Assembly (NCBI GenBank): GCA_038245785.1
Contig: JBBRSB010000006.1
Location: forward strand, 91,938 to 155,937
Direction: 5' to 3'
DNA length: 64,000 bases
Source of the DNA: Gloeobacterales cyanobacterium
GTDB taxonomy: Bacteria; Cyanobacteriota; Cyanobacteriia; Gloeobacterales; PMM-0068
Made by a program: the position numbers and the translations under genes. Below are positions 11,068 through 22,165 of this stretch, piece after piece. The notes under the pieces were generated by a model. That model was not told the DNA's origin. It was given only the letters and a program-made list of their open reading frames with translations, and searched no databases. Position 1 is the first letter of the stretch. Each line of letters begins with the position of its first letter.

Positions 11068-11170
11068 CTTATTCCTGCTCCCCAGTGATTTTACCCACAT
11101 TTCGCAGGTCTCGATGAGATTCAGGAGATTTTCATAGGTGACAGTATTCTAAGCCTGGATCTGTGCTACC

Positions 11171-12313
11171 TCATTGCGCTTGAGCCCGGAACCGATAACT
11201 ACTGAAGGCCATAAATACAAAAGCAAAGATTCCTAGCGCTAGTATTTGAGGCCAGAGAACAAAGAATCCAACATCTTTGAGCATGATGTCGCGAACGATG
11301 GTGATGTAGTGGCGTAGAGGATTGAACAAGGAGAGCGCTCGAAAGAAAGAGGGCATACTCTCAATTGGAGCCAGCGCGCCAGAGAGGATGATCATTGGCA
11401 GGGTGATGAAAAATGAGGTGAGAATCGCCTGTTGCTTGCTGCGGGAAACAGTAGCCAGCAGAATGCCGAGGGAGATTCCGATAAAGATTTGGAGGCTGGA
11501 AAGAGCCATAAATAAGGGCAAATTTCCCCGGAAGGGCATACCAAATACGAAACGAGCCACGCCCAGCGATAAGAAAACATCGCCTATCAGTAAGAAAAAT
11601 AGCGGTACGACCTTCGCCATGAGGATTTCTAGAACACTGGCCGGGGTCATCAAGAGTTGTTCAAGCGTCCCTGCATCTTTCTCTTTAACCACTTCGACGG
11701 CTGAAGACAAGACGCTCATCATCGTCAGCAGCATACCCATGACACCAGGGACAAAGAACCAGCTGCTGATCAGCCCTGGATTATAGAGATAGACAATCTG
11801 GGGATCAATATTGGCGCGTTCTGGGCGAGGAACCAGCCGATAAGCATACTGATTCACCATTTGATTCACATAGTTACCGGCGACGCCAGCGGTATAAGCA
11901 TTCACCCCATCTACTAAAACTTGAACCTCGGTCGTATGCCCCCGCTCTAGATTGCGCTGGAAGTCTGGAGGAATGACCACACCCACATCCACCTGTCCGC
12001 GACGAACCTGTTCGCCTAAAGCACGAGGATTAACAGGATAAGTTTGCGGGATAAAGACTCGATTCTCGGTCAGGGTGGCAACCAGTTCTCGACTAACCTG
12101 TGTCCTGGACTCATCTAGAATCCCTAGTTTGAGATGGCGCACATCGGGGCTGAGGGCAAAACCAAAAATACACAGTTGCACCGTCGGTGGAAAGGTAAGC
12201 AGAAATAGGAGCTGCTTGTTTCTAAAAATTTGGCGAACCTCTTTGATCGCTAAAGCCCAAAAGCAACTTTCGAAGATTCGCTCAAAAAATCTAATAAAAA
12301 ATTTGATATCCAT
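11171..12313 (-). CDS. ABC-2 type exporter permease (YbhR-like)
   Basis: KEKDAGTLEQLLMTP, LSGALAPIESMP, NPLRHY. Confidence 0.9.
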   Translation of the reverse strand: MDIKFFIRFFERIFESCFWALAIKEVRQIFRNKQLLFLLTFPPTVQLCIFGFALSPDVRHLKLGILDESRTQVSRELVATLTENRVFIPQTYPVNPRALGEQVRRGQVDVGVVIPPDFQRNLERGHTTEVQVLVDGVNAYTAGVAGNYVNQMVNQYAYRLVPRPERANIDPQIVYLYNPGLISSWFFVPGVMGMLLTMMSVLSSAVEVVKEKDAGTLEQLLMTPASVLEILMAKVVPLFFLLIGDVFLSLGVARFVFGMPFRGNLPLFMALSSLQIFIGISLGILLATVSRSKQQAILTSFFITLPMIILSGALAPIESMPSFFRALSLFNPLRHYITIVRDIMLKDVGFFVLWPQILALGIFAFVFMAFSSYRFRAQAQ

Positions 12314-12324
12314 AGCCTTAATTC

Positions 12325-13437
12325 CTAGTCTGAAAACTGCATACGATGTAGCTTTTGCCAGGCACCCCAGAAGAGCATCAGACCCAAGGCGGCTAAAGCA
12401 GGGAATATATACCAAATTCCTGTCCAGCCTGTTCCGCGAACAAAAGAATCACGGGTCAGTTCGATGTAATAGCGAACAGGGACCAGATTGGCCAGTAGAG
12501 AAAGGGGCCAGGGGATATTGCTGATCGGATAGATAAAGCCAGAAAGCAACATTGCAGTCAGAGCGTTGGTAGCCCCAACCGCCTGCACGGCAGCACTTTG
12601 GCTATTGCTGCGTGCACCGACAAATAAGCCAATCAAGACACTCGTGGCTAAGAAAAGCGGAGTGCCCAACAGCAAGGGCATCGGATCCCCAGCCAGCCGA
12701 AGACCAAAAATGAGGGCAGCGGAAATCATTAGAAATACGGCCTCACTTAAGGCAATCAGGAGATAGGCCAGACCTTTACCCAGCAATAGTTCTGCAGCGC
12801 TAGCGCTAGAGGCATAGACCTGGACTACAGTTCCTTCTTCCTTATCGCGGACCATAGCAATGGCTGCCAAGAGAGAGGGATAGAGGACAAGGTTCACCGC
12901 TAGCACCCCTGGCACAATGTAGAGCGATTCTTGACGGCCTGGATTGAACCAAACCCGCGCCCGAGATGTAATCAGGGATTGCTTAGGAAGTAGATTTTCC
13001 GTTTTCAAGAAGAAATTGTTGGTGGCACGGATACTGTTTTTAATCACCCGTGCATTGGCCACGTCACTGCCATCGATTAAGACCTGGACCGTACTGGTTT
13101 TTCCTTCTTTGAGGCGACGAGAAAAATCCGGCGGAATAATCACAGCCGCAGAAGCTAAGCCTGGATTGATCGCATCATGGATGGGATCACGGCCGGACCA
13201 GCGGACGGGTTCCAGTTGGTTGGTGGCATAGAGTCGTTCGATGTAGGCACGGCTCAGGGAACTATTATCAAAATCTTGGACAACCAAAGGAATATTTTTG
13301 GTCTCTAAACGAATGGCAAAGCCAAAAACCAGGAGCGTCACAAAAGGCAATAAAAAGGCCAGAGCAACGGTCAGACGGTCACGACGAAATTGAGAAATTT
13401 CCTTAACGCATTGCGCCCAAATTCGCTTGAAAGTCAT
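12325..13437 (-). CDS. ABC-2 type exporter permease (YbhS-like)
   Basis: KEISQFRRDRLT, WFNPG, LSGFIYPISNIP. Confidence 0.9.
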   Translation of the reverse strand: MTFKRIWAQCVKEISQFRRDRLTVALAFLLPFVTLLVFGFAIRLETKNIPLVVQDFDNSSLSRAYIERLYATNQLEPVRWSGRDPIHDAINPGLASAAVIIPPDFSRRLKEGKTSTVQVLIDGSDVANARVIKNSIRATNNFFLKTENLLPKQSLITSRARVWFNPGRQESLYIVPGVLAVNLVLYPSLLAAIAMVRDKEEGTVVQVYASSASAAELLLGKGLAYLLIALSEAVFLMISAALIFGLRLAGDPMPLLLGTPLFLATSVLIGLFVGARSNSQSAAVQAVGATNALTAMLLSGFIYPISNIPWPLSLLANLVPVRYYIELTRDSFVRGTGWTGIWYIFPALAALGLMLFWGAWQKLHRMQFSD

Positions 13438-15416
13438 CCTGCACCCCCAGGTTGAGTATCCAGGGCTCGAGATATGGTGCCGATAAAGGCATCTTCTAGA
13501 GAAAACGGGATCGCTCTCAAAGAGCGAATCTCTATAGCTGCAGCCTCCAGAATTGACTTAAGCTCTGGGATTTGCTCATCCGGTCGGTCAAGCACAATGT
13601 GCAGGTAATCGGCAAAGATCGACACCCGCCAGGGATCGAACTTAGTTTTCAGTAAATTGGAAGCGGCTTGTGTTTCTTCAAGGCCAATCTCAATCAGTTG
13701 ACCGGGTTGTTGAGCCTTGATTTGGCTGGGGGAACCCTTGGCAACCGTCTCTCCACTAGCCATAAAAGACATCTGGTGGCAGTGTTCCGCCTCTTCCAGA
13801 TAATGGGTGGTGACGAGAACCGCCGTACCGTTATGGGCAAAGTCTTCAATCAAGCGCCAGAACTGACGGCGGGCAAGGGGGTCTACGCCAGAAGTAGGTT
13901 CATCTAGAAATAGAATTTTAGGTTCATGCATCACCGATGCACCGAAAGCAACCCGCTGCTTCCAACCACCGGGTAGCTGTCCGGTAATCATGTTCTCTTG
14001 CCCCGTCAAACCACAGGTTTCTAGCACCCAATCAATTTTGGCGCGACGAGCATGGCGGGGTACCCCATAGACTCCGCAGTAGAATTCCAGGTTTTGCAGA
14101 ATCGTCAGGTCGTCGTAGAGGGTAAACTTTTGGCTCATGTAGCCAATACGCTTGCGCAATTTAGCACTGCGCAGGTCGCTCGTTTGACCGCCCAGGGTGA
14201 TTGCTCCGGCGGTGCGCTCCAAAAGACCACAAAGCATTTTAATGGTGGTGGTCTTTCCAGCTCCATTGGCACCGAGTAAACCATAAATTTCGCCGTAGTG
14301 AATTTCCAGGTCTACATCTTTGACCGCCTGGAAATCTCCAAAGTTTTTGCTCAAGTCCTGGGCGTAGATAGCTACTTCTCCAGAATGATTTTCAAGGGGA
14401 AGAATCCGTGGAAAGGGGATAAAAGGGGGGTCTGAACCTTGTTGGCGCAGTTGGGTTACAAAGACGTTCTCCAGTGTGGGTTGCGTTTGCGTGATATTCA
14501 GCGAGCTTCTATCTTGGTCAGGCAGATTATTACCATCCAAAGTTGAACGGATTTGGGCTTCTCCTCGCTCAGGGTCTTTGACCAAGACATCCAGTCGGTC
14601 GCCAAAAGTTTGGACATCGACAATGTTGGAATCCGCTCCTGGCTGAGTCATAAGCGCCCGTTCAGCCTCTTCAATAGCTTCGGTGCGGACTTCTAAGCGA
14701 TGTAGGCCAAGTCTCGCCCGCAGTTCATCGGGAGTGCCAATTTGTTGAAATTGACCTCCATACATCAGGGCCACTCGGTCACAGCGCTCTGCTTCATCGA
14801 GATAGGGCGTAGCCACCACCATCGTCACGCTCTCAGCCGCCAAGGTTGCCAGCACATCCCAAAACTCTCGACGGGATACGGGGTCTACCCCCGTCGTCGG
14901 TTCATCCAGCAGTAAAACCCTGGGCTGCGCAATCAACGCACAACAAAGCGCTAACTTCTGTTTCATTCCGCCGGAGAGCTGCCCTGCCAAACGATTGGAA
15001 AACTTATCTAAATTCATCAGCCGCAGATATTTACTGCGACGTTCCTGAAAAAGGTCTTCCGGGACTTCCCGCAGGCCAGCGCTATAGCGGAGATTTTCTT
15101 CCAGGCTCAGGTCCAAGTAAAGCGAAAACTTTTGGGTAAGATAGCCGATTCCTAAACGGGCATCACGGGGAGCTTTGCCCAGAACCTGAACATGGCCCCC
15201 GGTCGCTTCCATGACCCCAGCCAGAATTTGGAAGGTTGTGGTTTTCCCGGCACCATCCGGTCCAATGATGCCAAAAACTTCTCCCTGATGCACCTCAAAA
15301 TCAATTCCCTGAACGGCTTCCAGGGCTCCATACTTTTTGCGTAGACCCTTAACCTGAATAATCAGATCCTGAGCGGATAGATCAGGAGAAACCTGTTGCG
15401 GGGCAGTGCTGGTCAT
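13434..15416 (-). CDS. ABC transporter ATP-binding protein with two NBDs (YbhF-like)
   Basis: Two Walker A motifs (GPDGAGKTT, GANGAGKTT) and two LDEPT motifs. Confidence 0.93.
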   Translation of the reverse strand: MTSTAPQQVSPDLSAQDLIIQVKGLRKKYGALEAVQGIDFEVHQGEVFGIIGPDGAGKTTTFQILAGVMEATGGHVQVLGKAPRDARLGIGYLTQKFSLYLDLSLEENLRYSAGLREVPEDLFQERRSKYLRLMNLDKFSNRLAGQLSGGMKQKLALCCALIAQPRVLLLDEPTTGVDPVSRREFWDVLATLAAESVTMVVATPYLDEAERCDRVALMYGGQFQQIGTPDELRARLGLHRLEVRTEAIEEAERALMTQPGADSNIVDVQTFGDRLDVLVKDPERGEAQIRSTLDGNNLPDQDRSSLNITQTQPTLENVFVTQLRQQGSDPPFIPFPRILPLENHSGEVAIYAQDLSKNFGDFQAVKDVDLEIHYGEIYGLLGANGAGKTTTIKMLCGLLERTAGAITLGGQTSDLRSAKLRKRIGYMSQKFTLYDDLTILQNLEFYCGVYGVPRHARRAKIDWVLETCGLTGQENMITGQLPGGWKQRVAFGASVMHEPKILFLDEPTSGVDPLARRQFWRLIEDFAHNGTAVLVTTHYLEEAEHCHQMSFMASGETVAKGSPSQIKAQQPGQLIEIGLEETQAASNLLKTKFDPWRVSIFADYLHIVLDRPDEQIPELKSILEAAAIEIRSLRAIPFSLEDAFIGTISRALDTQPGGAG

Positions 15417-15427
15417 CTGCGGCCCTC

Positions 15428-16708
15428 CTAGTGAGCATCGGTCAGAATTTCTCCGTCTGCAGGCATGCCGGGTTTGGCGAAACCACCAGGATTATCGATG
15501 GCCAGTTTGACGCCAAAAACCTGCTTGACCCGTTCATCTCGGAAATAGATATTCTCTGGAGTGAAGGAAGCTTGGGGATCAATAGCTGTGACTTTTGCAC
15601 CCAGCGCTTTATCCGGAGCAGAATCTAAAAAGACGTTTGCTTTTTGACCTACCCGTACTTTGCCCATTTCTCCTTCTGGGATGAAGCCTCTTAGATAGAC
15701 CGTGTTCAGGTTGACCAAAGAAAGCAGGGTCTTGCCTGAAGTGACGACCGCTCCTGGTTCTACGCTCCGTGCAGTGACTACCCCTTCAATCGGGCTGACT
15801 ACATTGAGATAGGCCATTTGGGCGATAATCTGCTGGCGCGTCGCTTGGGCATTGGCCACATCTGCCCGACCGGCCGCAAGCTTGAGTTTGTTCTGGGCTA
15901 ACTGTCTACGCAAAGCGTTAAGTTGGGCATCGCGGATTTGTGGATTTAGTCCTGTTGTCTGGACTTGGACCAACTGTCCTTGGGCTGCACTGACTAACTT
16001 ACGGAAAGAATTCACCGCCGCTTCCCTACTTTTTAGGGTTGCCTGAGCCGTTTCCAATTTAGTTTGGGCCTGGTCCGCTTGCTGTTGAGTGGAGGCTCCT
16101 TCCTGCGCCAGTTGCCTAAAACGGTCGCGGTCTAAGGCCGCTAGTCGCAGTTCTGCACGAGCTTGAGTCACCTGAGCTTCTGCCTGTTGGCGCTGGGCTT
16201 CGGCTGAGGCAACATTGGCTTGTGCTTGGAGAATACGACCCTTGGCATCTCCCTGCGCTTGTTCAACGTTGAGCCGTGATTCTTGGATTTGACTATTGTT
16301 CACCTCTAGTTGGACACGGGCCTGACGCTCTTGTTGTTGGGCAGCATTTAGACGAGCGTTGGCTCCTTCTAACTGAGCTTTGACCTCGGCATCATCCATC
16401 CGGACAATAACCTGCCCCTTTTTAACCTGGTCCCCTTCCCGCACGGCAATAAGATCAATGCGCCCCGGCACTTTGGCCCCAATATCAGTTTCATACCCTT
16501 CAATCCGACCACTTAATCGCAAGGGGCCTGCCTTGGGCAGCGAGGAGAAGTACCATAGACCACCGCCTGCGACTCCAAGAGCCACAAGTCCTGCGAGGAG
16601 CAGGGGTCGCAGATTAGACTTCGGTTTATCCGCTACGGTAGGCGCTTGCACTTCTTGAAAAGCCGATGGCGGTGTGTCCGAGGTCTTATCCGTTCGGGTT
16701 TGTGTCAT
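15428..16708 (-). CDS. HlyD-family membrane fusion protein (YbhG-like)
   Basis: N-terminal TM, VREGDQVKKGQ, coiled coil, ASFTPENIY, AKPGMPAD. Confidence 0.92.
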   Translation of the reverse strand: MTQTRTDKTSDTPPSAFQEVQAPTVADKPKSNLRPLLLAGLVALGVAGGGLWYFSSLPKAGPLRLSGRIEGYETDIGAKVPGRIDLIAVREGDQVKKGQVIVRMDDAEVKAQLEGANARLNAAQQQERQARVQLEVNNSQIQESRLNVEQAQGDAKGRILQAQANVASAEAQRQQAEAQVTQARAELRLAALDRDRFRQLAQEGASTQQQADQAQTKLETAQATLKSREAAVNSFRKLVSAAQGQLVQVQTTGLNPQIRDAQLNALRRQLAQNKLKLAAGRADVANAQATRQQIIAQMAYLNVVSPIEGVVTARSVEPGAVVTSGKTLLSLVNLNTVYLRGFIPEGEMGKVRVGQKANVFLDSAPDKALGAKVTAIDPQASFTPENIYFRDERVKQVFGVKLAIDNPGGFAKPGMPADGEILTDAH

Positions 16709-17037
16709 AAGGTGAACCTTCCTTTGTTCACAAGAGCCAGCAAAGCTTAGTTAGACAATATGGACTACAGACTCTCTATAGTCTTGAGCGTAGTCCTCAA
16801 AAGTGAAGAACCTGTGAGGTAACATTTTCAACTATTAGCCCCAAGATCTGCATGCTAGACCTAGCCTGGAATCACCTGACTGTTTTTTATGTAACTTCAC
16901 AGATAAGGATTAATAACGTTACATTCAATTCAAAAGTGCCGTAATGAATAGGTTAAAACGGATGATTTGCATACAGAGAAACAGTTGAAAAAAGCTTATT
17001 CTAGTTCGTTTGCTTTAGGCTGCTTACGGGAGATTGG

Positions 17038-18846
17038 ATGAAACATGAACTGACATGGCAGGCCATAGTAGGTGGAGTTCTTGTCTCGTCCCTGATTTCT
17101 CTAGCCTATCCCTATATCGTTTTGAAGATTGGCCTGGGGCCGAATGTGAGTGTGCTTTCTGCCTTTCTGGGAGCTTTATTTCTGCAGGTCACCGCCCAGA
17201 AAACGCGGGGACAAAATCGGTTGATGAATAACATCATTCAGACCGCAGGCACCTCTGCTACGTCTACGGCTTTTATGTGTGTGGTCGCTGCTGCTTTTGG
17301 TTATCTCAATCAAAACGAAACGGTCAATGTTCACTTTACGATCACGCCCTGGCAGATGTTTAGCTGGCTGACCTGTTCAGGTATGATTGGCGTTCTCTTT
17401 ATCGTTCTCTTTCGACGCTATTTCTTGGATGATACCCAAATGGTATTTGCCGATGGGGTAGCAGCAGCTGAAACAATTAAGGTTCTAGATAGTAGCCAGG
17501 CGCAAAGGAAATTACAAACTCTTGGTTTAGGTTCTCTGATTGGCATGGTCATCAGTTTCTTGCGCGATGGCTTGGGCCTGATTCCCCTGACCTTCATTGC
17601 CCAGCGGTTCAAAATCGGTATCGAGTGGAATGTCCTTTCCGTAGGCACGGGGATGCTAGTGGGCATAAGGATGGGTCTTTCTATGCTGCTCGGTACCGTG
17701 ATTGTTTTTTTCGCGGGACCTGTGATTATGAACCAGGTAGGAATGGATATTATTCACGGCAGCATCGCCCCCCGCTATATAGCCCAGTGCGATGCGCTAG
17801 CAACGTTGGCTCCCGAAGCCCTAAAAGCGCAACAAGCTCTTCTAAACCAACATTGCGGGATGATGGGCGACTATCTTAAAGGAAATCACTTCGGCATTAT
17901 CCTGTTTTGGCTGATGTGGCCCGCTTCAGCACTGATGATTACGGCGGCGATTACGGCAGTGGTCTTGGAGTGGCGGTCTTTAGTCCAAATGTTCCGAACG
18001 CTTTCGATTCAGAAAGCTAGGGCACCCCAGGAAGATATCCCGCTGAGTATTATCTTTCCTGGTGTTGTCGTGCTGACCATCCTTTTAGCCTATGTGCAGA
18101 ACGTACATTTTGGCATGTCTTACCTCCAGACTTTTTTCGCTGTTCTCTGTGAACTGCCCCTGATGCTCGTTGGCGTCCGCGTCTTAGGTGAAACCAATCA
18201 AGGACCCGTTTCTCTGATGGCCAATAGTTTACAGGCCGTATTCGCTATTTTTTGGCCGCAGCAGATTTCCCTTAACTTGATTGCGGCAGGCATGGCTGGA
18301 GATGGCAATGCTCAAGCGGAAGGGACGATGCAGGATTTTAAAACGGGGCAAATCGTTGGCTCTACGCCCTGGATTCTCACCTGTGTCCAACTTTGCGCTA
18401 TTCCAATTGGGGCCGCTGCTGTGGCAATTATGTATCCACTCTTGATCGCTCGTTACGGACTAGGCGGCGATGGATTGATTGCTCCCACGGGCTTGAAGCT
18501 GGCAAATATGGCCGTGCTCTTGTCTAAGGGAATTTCTGCTTTTCCACAAGGGGCACTTCTGGCAACAGCGATTGCAGCTGTCTTGGGTATGGTCTTCACA
18601 CTGCTAGAAGCTCGCTACAAAATCCGCTGGCTACCGAGTGCCGCTGGACTCGGTTTTGCTTTGATTCTTCCGGGACTTTTGAATATTCCCGTCGCCATGG
18701 GTGCAATCCTCGGCTGGCTATGGGAAAAATTATCTCCAGAATCCTATGCCCAATATCACGTCACCCTGGCCTCAGGCTTGATTGGAGGAGAGGCTTTGAT
18801 TGCAGGATTACTGTTACCAGCCCTGTTTTACTTTGGGATTTTGTAG
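17038..18846 (+). CDS. OPT/YSL-family oligopeptide transporter
   Basis: ELTWQAIVGG, NNIIQTAGT, MQDFKTGQIVG, ASGLIGGEAL. Confidence 0.88.
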   Translation: MKHELTWQAIVGGVLVSSLISLAYPYIVLKIGLGPNVSVLSAFLGALFLQVTAQKTRGQNRLMNNIIQTAGTSATSTAFMCVVAAAFGYLNQNETVNVHFTITPWQMFSWLTCSGMIGVLFIVLFRRYFLDDTQMVFADGVAAAETIKVLDSSQAQRKLQTLGLGSLIGMVISFLRDGLGLIPLTFIAQRFKIGIEWNVLSVGTGMLVGIRMGLSMLLGTVIVFFAGPVIMNQVGMDIIHGSIAPRYIAQCDALATLAPEALKAQQALLNQHCGMMGDYLKGNHFGIILFWLMWPASALMITAAITAVVLEWRSLVQMFRTLSIQKARAPQEDIPLSIIFPGVVVLTILLAYVQNVHFGMSYLQTFFAVLCELPLMLVGVRVLGETNQGPVSLMANSLQAVFAIFWPQQISLNLIAAGMAGDGNAQAEGTMQDFKTGQIVGSTPWILTCVQLCAIPIGAAAVAIMYPLLIARYGLGGDGLIAPTGLKLANMAVLLSKGISAFPQGALLATAIAAVLGMVFTLLEARYKIRWLPSAAGLGFALILPGLLNIPVAMGAILGWLWEKLSPESYAQYHVTLASGLIGGEALIAGLLLPALFYFGIL

Positions 18847-18855
18847 ATCCCCCCA

Positions 18856-18884
18856 ACCCCTCAGTCCCGTAGGGACTGAGGGGT
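18856..18884. repeat. REP-like perfect hairpin between convergent genes (likely also a terminator)
   Basis: ACCCCTCAGTCCC-gta-GGGACTGAGGGGT, 13-bp arms; same family as repeats at 6057, 55774 and 63826. Confidence 0.7.
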
Positions 18885-18917
18885 GGAATTACTACTGCAA
18901 GGGGTTCAATGAATCGA

Positions 18918-19643
18918 TCAAGCAGAAGCAAAGAACGACACTTTATTGCTACCCCGTCTACTGCGTCCCAGAAGAATGAATAAAACGCCAGCAATTAAAG
19001 CCCCTAAATTCCATTTAATTGAGCGCTTGAATAGGGAAAATTTCATCGCTTCTATGCGGGCATTTGTATGAAAATTTATTTGACTTTCCATTTCAGGAAT
19101 TTTCTTTGCCAGAAGTTCGCGGGTTACAGGTTGCTTATCTCCTGACTTTTTGGGCAAAGAATTAATACGAGCTAAAGACTGCTCAATATCTTTGAGCGCC
19201 TTAGGATTATTCAGTTGTTTTTTAAATCGCTGCAGATTGGCTAGTTGCTGATTGGCTTGGGTATTGATTTGAGCATCATTTTGCTTATTAATAAGTAACG
19301 TACTGCTAATGCCTAGGGGTATAAGTAAAAAAAATAAAATTCCAACTATTACAGAAAGGGTAGACATCAACTTGATCAGTTTTGACCGCTTTTCTCCATA
19401 TAGCACCAGTAATAGACCGATTGCTGGCACAGGAACGCGCTCCACCAGATTGCCAATCACCTGAAATTCCCAATTCGCATCGGCAAATTTGAAAGGGATG
19501 AAAATATCAATAATATCTAAGGCCACTAAAAGTAATAGGCTATAACCGACCAGGCGGCTAAGAGTGCGGGGCAATTCTTCACTATGTGCTGGTCCTGAAT
19601 TCGTATCACCTGAGGAAGTGCTCTCAGATTTTTGGAAGGCCAT
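18918..19643 (-). CDS. HpsJ-like protein, cyanoexosortase-associated
   Basis: RLVGYSLLL, WEFQVIGNLVERVPVPAIGL, FFLLIPLGI, SIKWNLGALIAG. Confidence 0.8.
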   Translation of the reverse strand: MAFQKSESTSSGDTNSGPAHSEELPRTLSRLVGYSLLLLVALDIIDIFIPFKFADANWEFQVIGNLVERVPVPAIGLLLVLYGEKRSKLIKLMSTLSVIVGILFFLLIPLGISSTLLINKQNDAQINTQANQQLANLQRFKKQLNNPKALKDIEQSLARINSLPKKSGDKQPVTRELLAKKIPEMESQINFHTNARIEAMKFSLFKRSIKWNLGALIAGVLFILLGRSRRGSNKVSFFASA

Positions 19644-19664
19644 GGGGTACGTTTATCCTCAAGA

Positions 19665-20339
19665 TTAAGGGGTATGCAACTGCGGATAGAGAGAAGACCA
19701 AGCTTTTTCTAAGATTGGATAGACAGCCTTTGGTTGCACTTTGCGTGTAGACAGAGCTAAACGTACCCACAGACAGCGATGGTCATTCAAACGTTCCTGT
19801 CCCCATAGCAGAGCAATTAGTCGATGAGGTTGCATAACATAGTTCGTTTGGTTAGCCATAAACTGTTCGCGAGTAAAAGTACCCTTTCCTCGTGTATTGA
19901 GGCAAGTATCTAAATAAGCCTGCTCTTGACTTAGTGAGAGACCATAACTACCTATTCCTTCTTTTTTACGAATCATGATCGATGAATCATCTTTGGAATC
20001 AGCGTGCACTCTGTAGCGTTGCACTAAGCGCTGCATATCACCATCTGTATTAAGGATAGGGCGTACTTCTAAGATTAAAAGCACATCATTCTGAATTAAT
20101 TGATAGCGTTTCCCTGAAACCATGGCGTTTGCTCCCGATAAGTTTTCATTTTCTTTTTGAGGAAGCTCACTGCTCTTCGTAAGTTGCCATTCAGGAAGAG
20201 TAATCCGTTGCGGGAAAGAATACGATGGACTAGAGTCTTTACTCAGGGTTGTGGATAAGTTGATCGTTACCAATACGAAAAAAACGCTAACACACGTGGA
20301 ACCAAGTAAAAATATCCGTAGCTGCGGCCATAGTTTCAT
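19665..20339 (-). CDS. Cyanoexosortase A system-associated protein
   Basis: FPQRITLPEWQ, AYLDTCLNTRGKGTFTREQF, DHRCLW; overlaps the stop of crtA. Confidence 0.8.
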   Translation of the reverse strand: MKLWPQLRIFLLGSTCVSVFFVLVTINLSTTLSKDSSPSYSFPQRITLPEWQLTKSSELPQKENENLSGANAMVSGKRYQLIQNDVLLILEVRPILNTDGDMQRLVQRYRVHADSKDDSSIMIRKKEGIGSYGLSLSQEQAYLDTCLNTRGKGTFTREQFMANQTNYVMQPHRLIALLWGQERLNDHRCLWVRLALSTRKVQPKAVYPILEKAWSSLYPQLHTP

Positions 20340-21205
20340 GGTTTTGGCAACTTTACAGGTGTAGTATCACTAACTTCGTTTTTAAAAAGAAGGAAATAGC
20401 AAAAAGATCCAAAAATGAAAGCACTGATGAGAGAAAAAGCCTGGGCACCATCCCCTTCATGCCAATATCTAAAAGCATCCTGATTTGAATAGGCGACTAA
20501 GAAAGCCATGAGAGCAACCCGAGCACTATTCACTAAAAAGCCTAGAACAACAGCTATAATCGGCACTAAAATTTTCTTCCACAAAGTGCTAGGAAACAAT
20601 ATTAAAAATAATGCCGCCAGCCGAAGGAGCCAAATCATGTTTTCAAATCCAGAGCAGCCTGGAGTAACTTCGACGGCTCCTGTTGGAAGAATTAGATTCA
20701 CGCCTTGCAGGGATACATCAAAGCCTAAGTGAATTAGGAAAAAAGCTGCAAATTTGGCGGTAATCAGAGATACATCAACAAGCTGGAGCAGCAAGGTTTC
20801 GGGAATGGATATAGCCAGAATCAGCGTAAATTCTTGACTATATTGCTTAAGCCCTTTTATACCGGAAGCTAATAATGCAATTCCAAGTCCTGAAAGTAGA
20901 GGAGAAATCTGAAAAAGAAATCCAAAATAGGGATCGACCGTATTCTTAACAAGGACAGAGGCAATCAGCAAGAGGCCTAAAAAAGTAGAAAAAACATCAC
21001 TTTCCAAATTAAGACTATCTCGCTTCTCCCATAATAGGTAGAAGACAGTCCCTAACAGAACTAGACTGATACTGAGAAAACTGAAATTCCCTGTGAGTTT
21101 CCAAACCAAGCTTAGGTAAACACAACTGAGGCCAATCGTTGTTGCTGATAGCCAAAATTTATGGTCTTGGAGTAACTTGACCGGAGTGGAGAGAGTAGAG
21201 CTCAT
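20336..21205 (-). CDS. crtA: Cyanoexosortase A
   Basis: Multi-TM; exosortase catalytic Cys/Arg/His motifs VEVTPGCSG, NSARVALMA, FRYWHEGDG. Confidence 0.88.
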   Translation of the reverse strand: MSSTLSTPVKLLQDHKFWLSATTIGLSCVYLSLVWKLTGNFSFLSISLVLLGTVFYLLWEKRDSLNLESDVFSTFLGLLLIASVLVKNTVDPYFGFLFQISPLLSGLGIALLASGIKGLKQYSQEFTLILAISIPETLLLQLVDVSLITAKFAAFFLIHLGFDVSLQGVNLILPTGAVEVTPGCSGFENMIWLLRLAALFLILFPSTLWKKILVPIIAVVLGFLVNSARVALMAFLVAYSNQDAFRYWHEGDGAQAFSLISAFIFGSFCYFLLFKNEVSDTTPVKLPKP

Positions 21206-21310
21206 ACAAAAAATCTACCAGGGTTGCATTACAGACGACAAACCCTGAGGCGTTTTCCATCAAATCTAATTGAGCTGTTTTGAGGAATGTGGCAGAAGCA
21301 AGATCTATTC

Positions 21311-22054
21311 CTACTCTATTTTATTTTTAGCGCGGGCTTTAAGCGCAGAGAATCTCCCTTTGAGCAAACCTAGACCAAGAGGCACCATTCCAATCAGCCA
21401 GGGAGCAGGTAAAGGCTCTGGAACAGAGGTGCTTTCCCCACGCAGGACACCCGTAAGGCCTAAGGAGAAATCATTAGCTTCAGGAGAAACAATAAGAGGA
21501 TTTATTCTAGTGGCACTGACTCTAAAGTTGCCACTATCGTTGATACCAATGGCGTTGGCGCCTTGGGTTGCGCTGGGGGTAGAAATGCCCGAAGGAGTCA
21601 CGGTCAGGTAGTACTTACCAGGCTCTAAGGAAATATTTAACCCACTTACGGTGAAGGTGTATTCCGGGTTGGGGACTGAATTTGAAGAATTTGTTGCTGT
21701 GCGGCCTGTAGGAGTCACCGTTGTGTCCGACAAACCAGAGGCAATTACAGTTCCAAGATTGCTCTGTGAAGTACCTGCAGAAACCCCAGAGAGGATTGCC
21801 CAGTTTGCCTTAGAGGGTGCTCCACTGACAGAGAAATTATTTGAAAAGACACTGTCTACCTGCCAGCCAGCACTGTCAGGAACTGCAAAGTCCTCAAAAA
21901 AAAGGTTTTCCGCAGCACCACCAGTTATGCTGACTTGGTTGGTAAGGCTTCCATCATTATCTCCGCTATACCAGAGTGTAGCGGCTTGGACTGGGAGCGT
22001 AGATAGGAGCACAAGGAGTGCACCCGGTAAGAGTACTTTAGGCAACAGAGCCAT
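21311..22054 (-). CDS. PEP-CTERM sorting-domain surface protein
   Basis: Signal peptide (VQA), Ser/Thr-rich body, C-terminal VPEP + TM + basic tail. Confidence 0.85.
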   Translation of the reverse strand: MALLPKVLLPGALLVLLSTLPVQAATLWYSGDNDGSLTNQVSITGGAAENLFFEDFAVPDSAGWQVDSVFSNNFSVSGAPSKANWAILSGVSAGTSQSNLGTVIASGLSDTTVTPTGRTATNSSNSVPNPEYTFTVSGLNISLEPGKYYLTVTPSGISTPSATQGANAIGINDSGNFRVSATRINPLIVSPEANDFSLGLTGVLRGESTSVPEPLPAPWLIGMVPLGLGLLKGRFSALKARAKNKIE

Positions 22055-22165
22055 AACGTTTCTGAGATCCCTTAAAGAAATACACCAGAGAGATTTTAGT
22101 ATCCATCTCCATAAAATGCATGTATTAACGAGCACCAAGCTTTGATAATAAGTTTGAATAAGAGT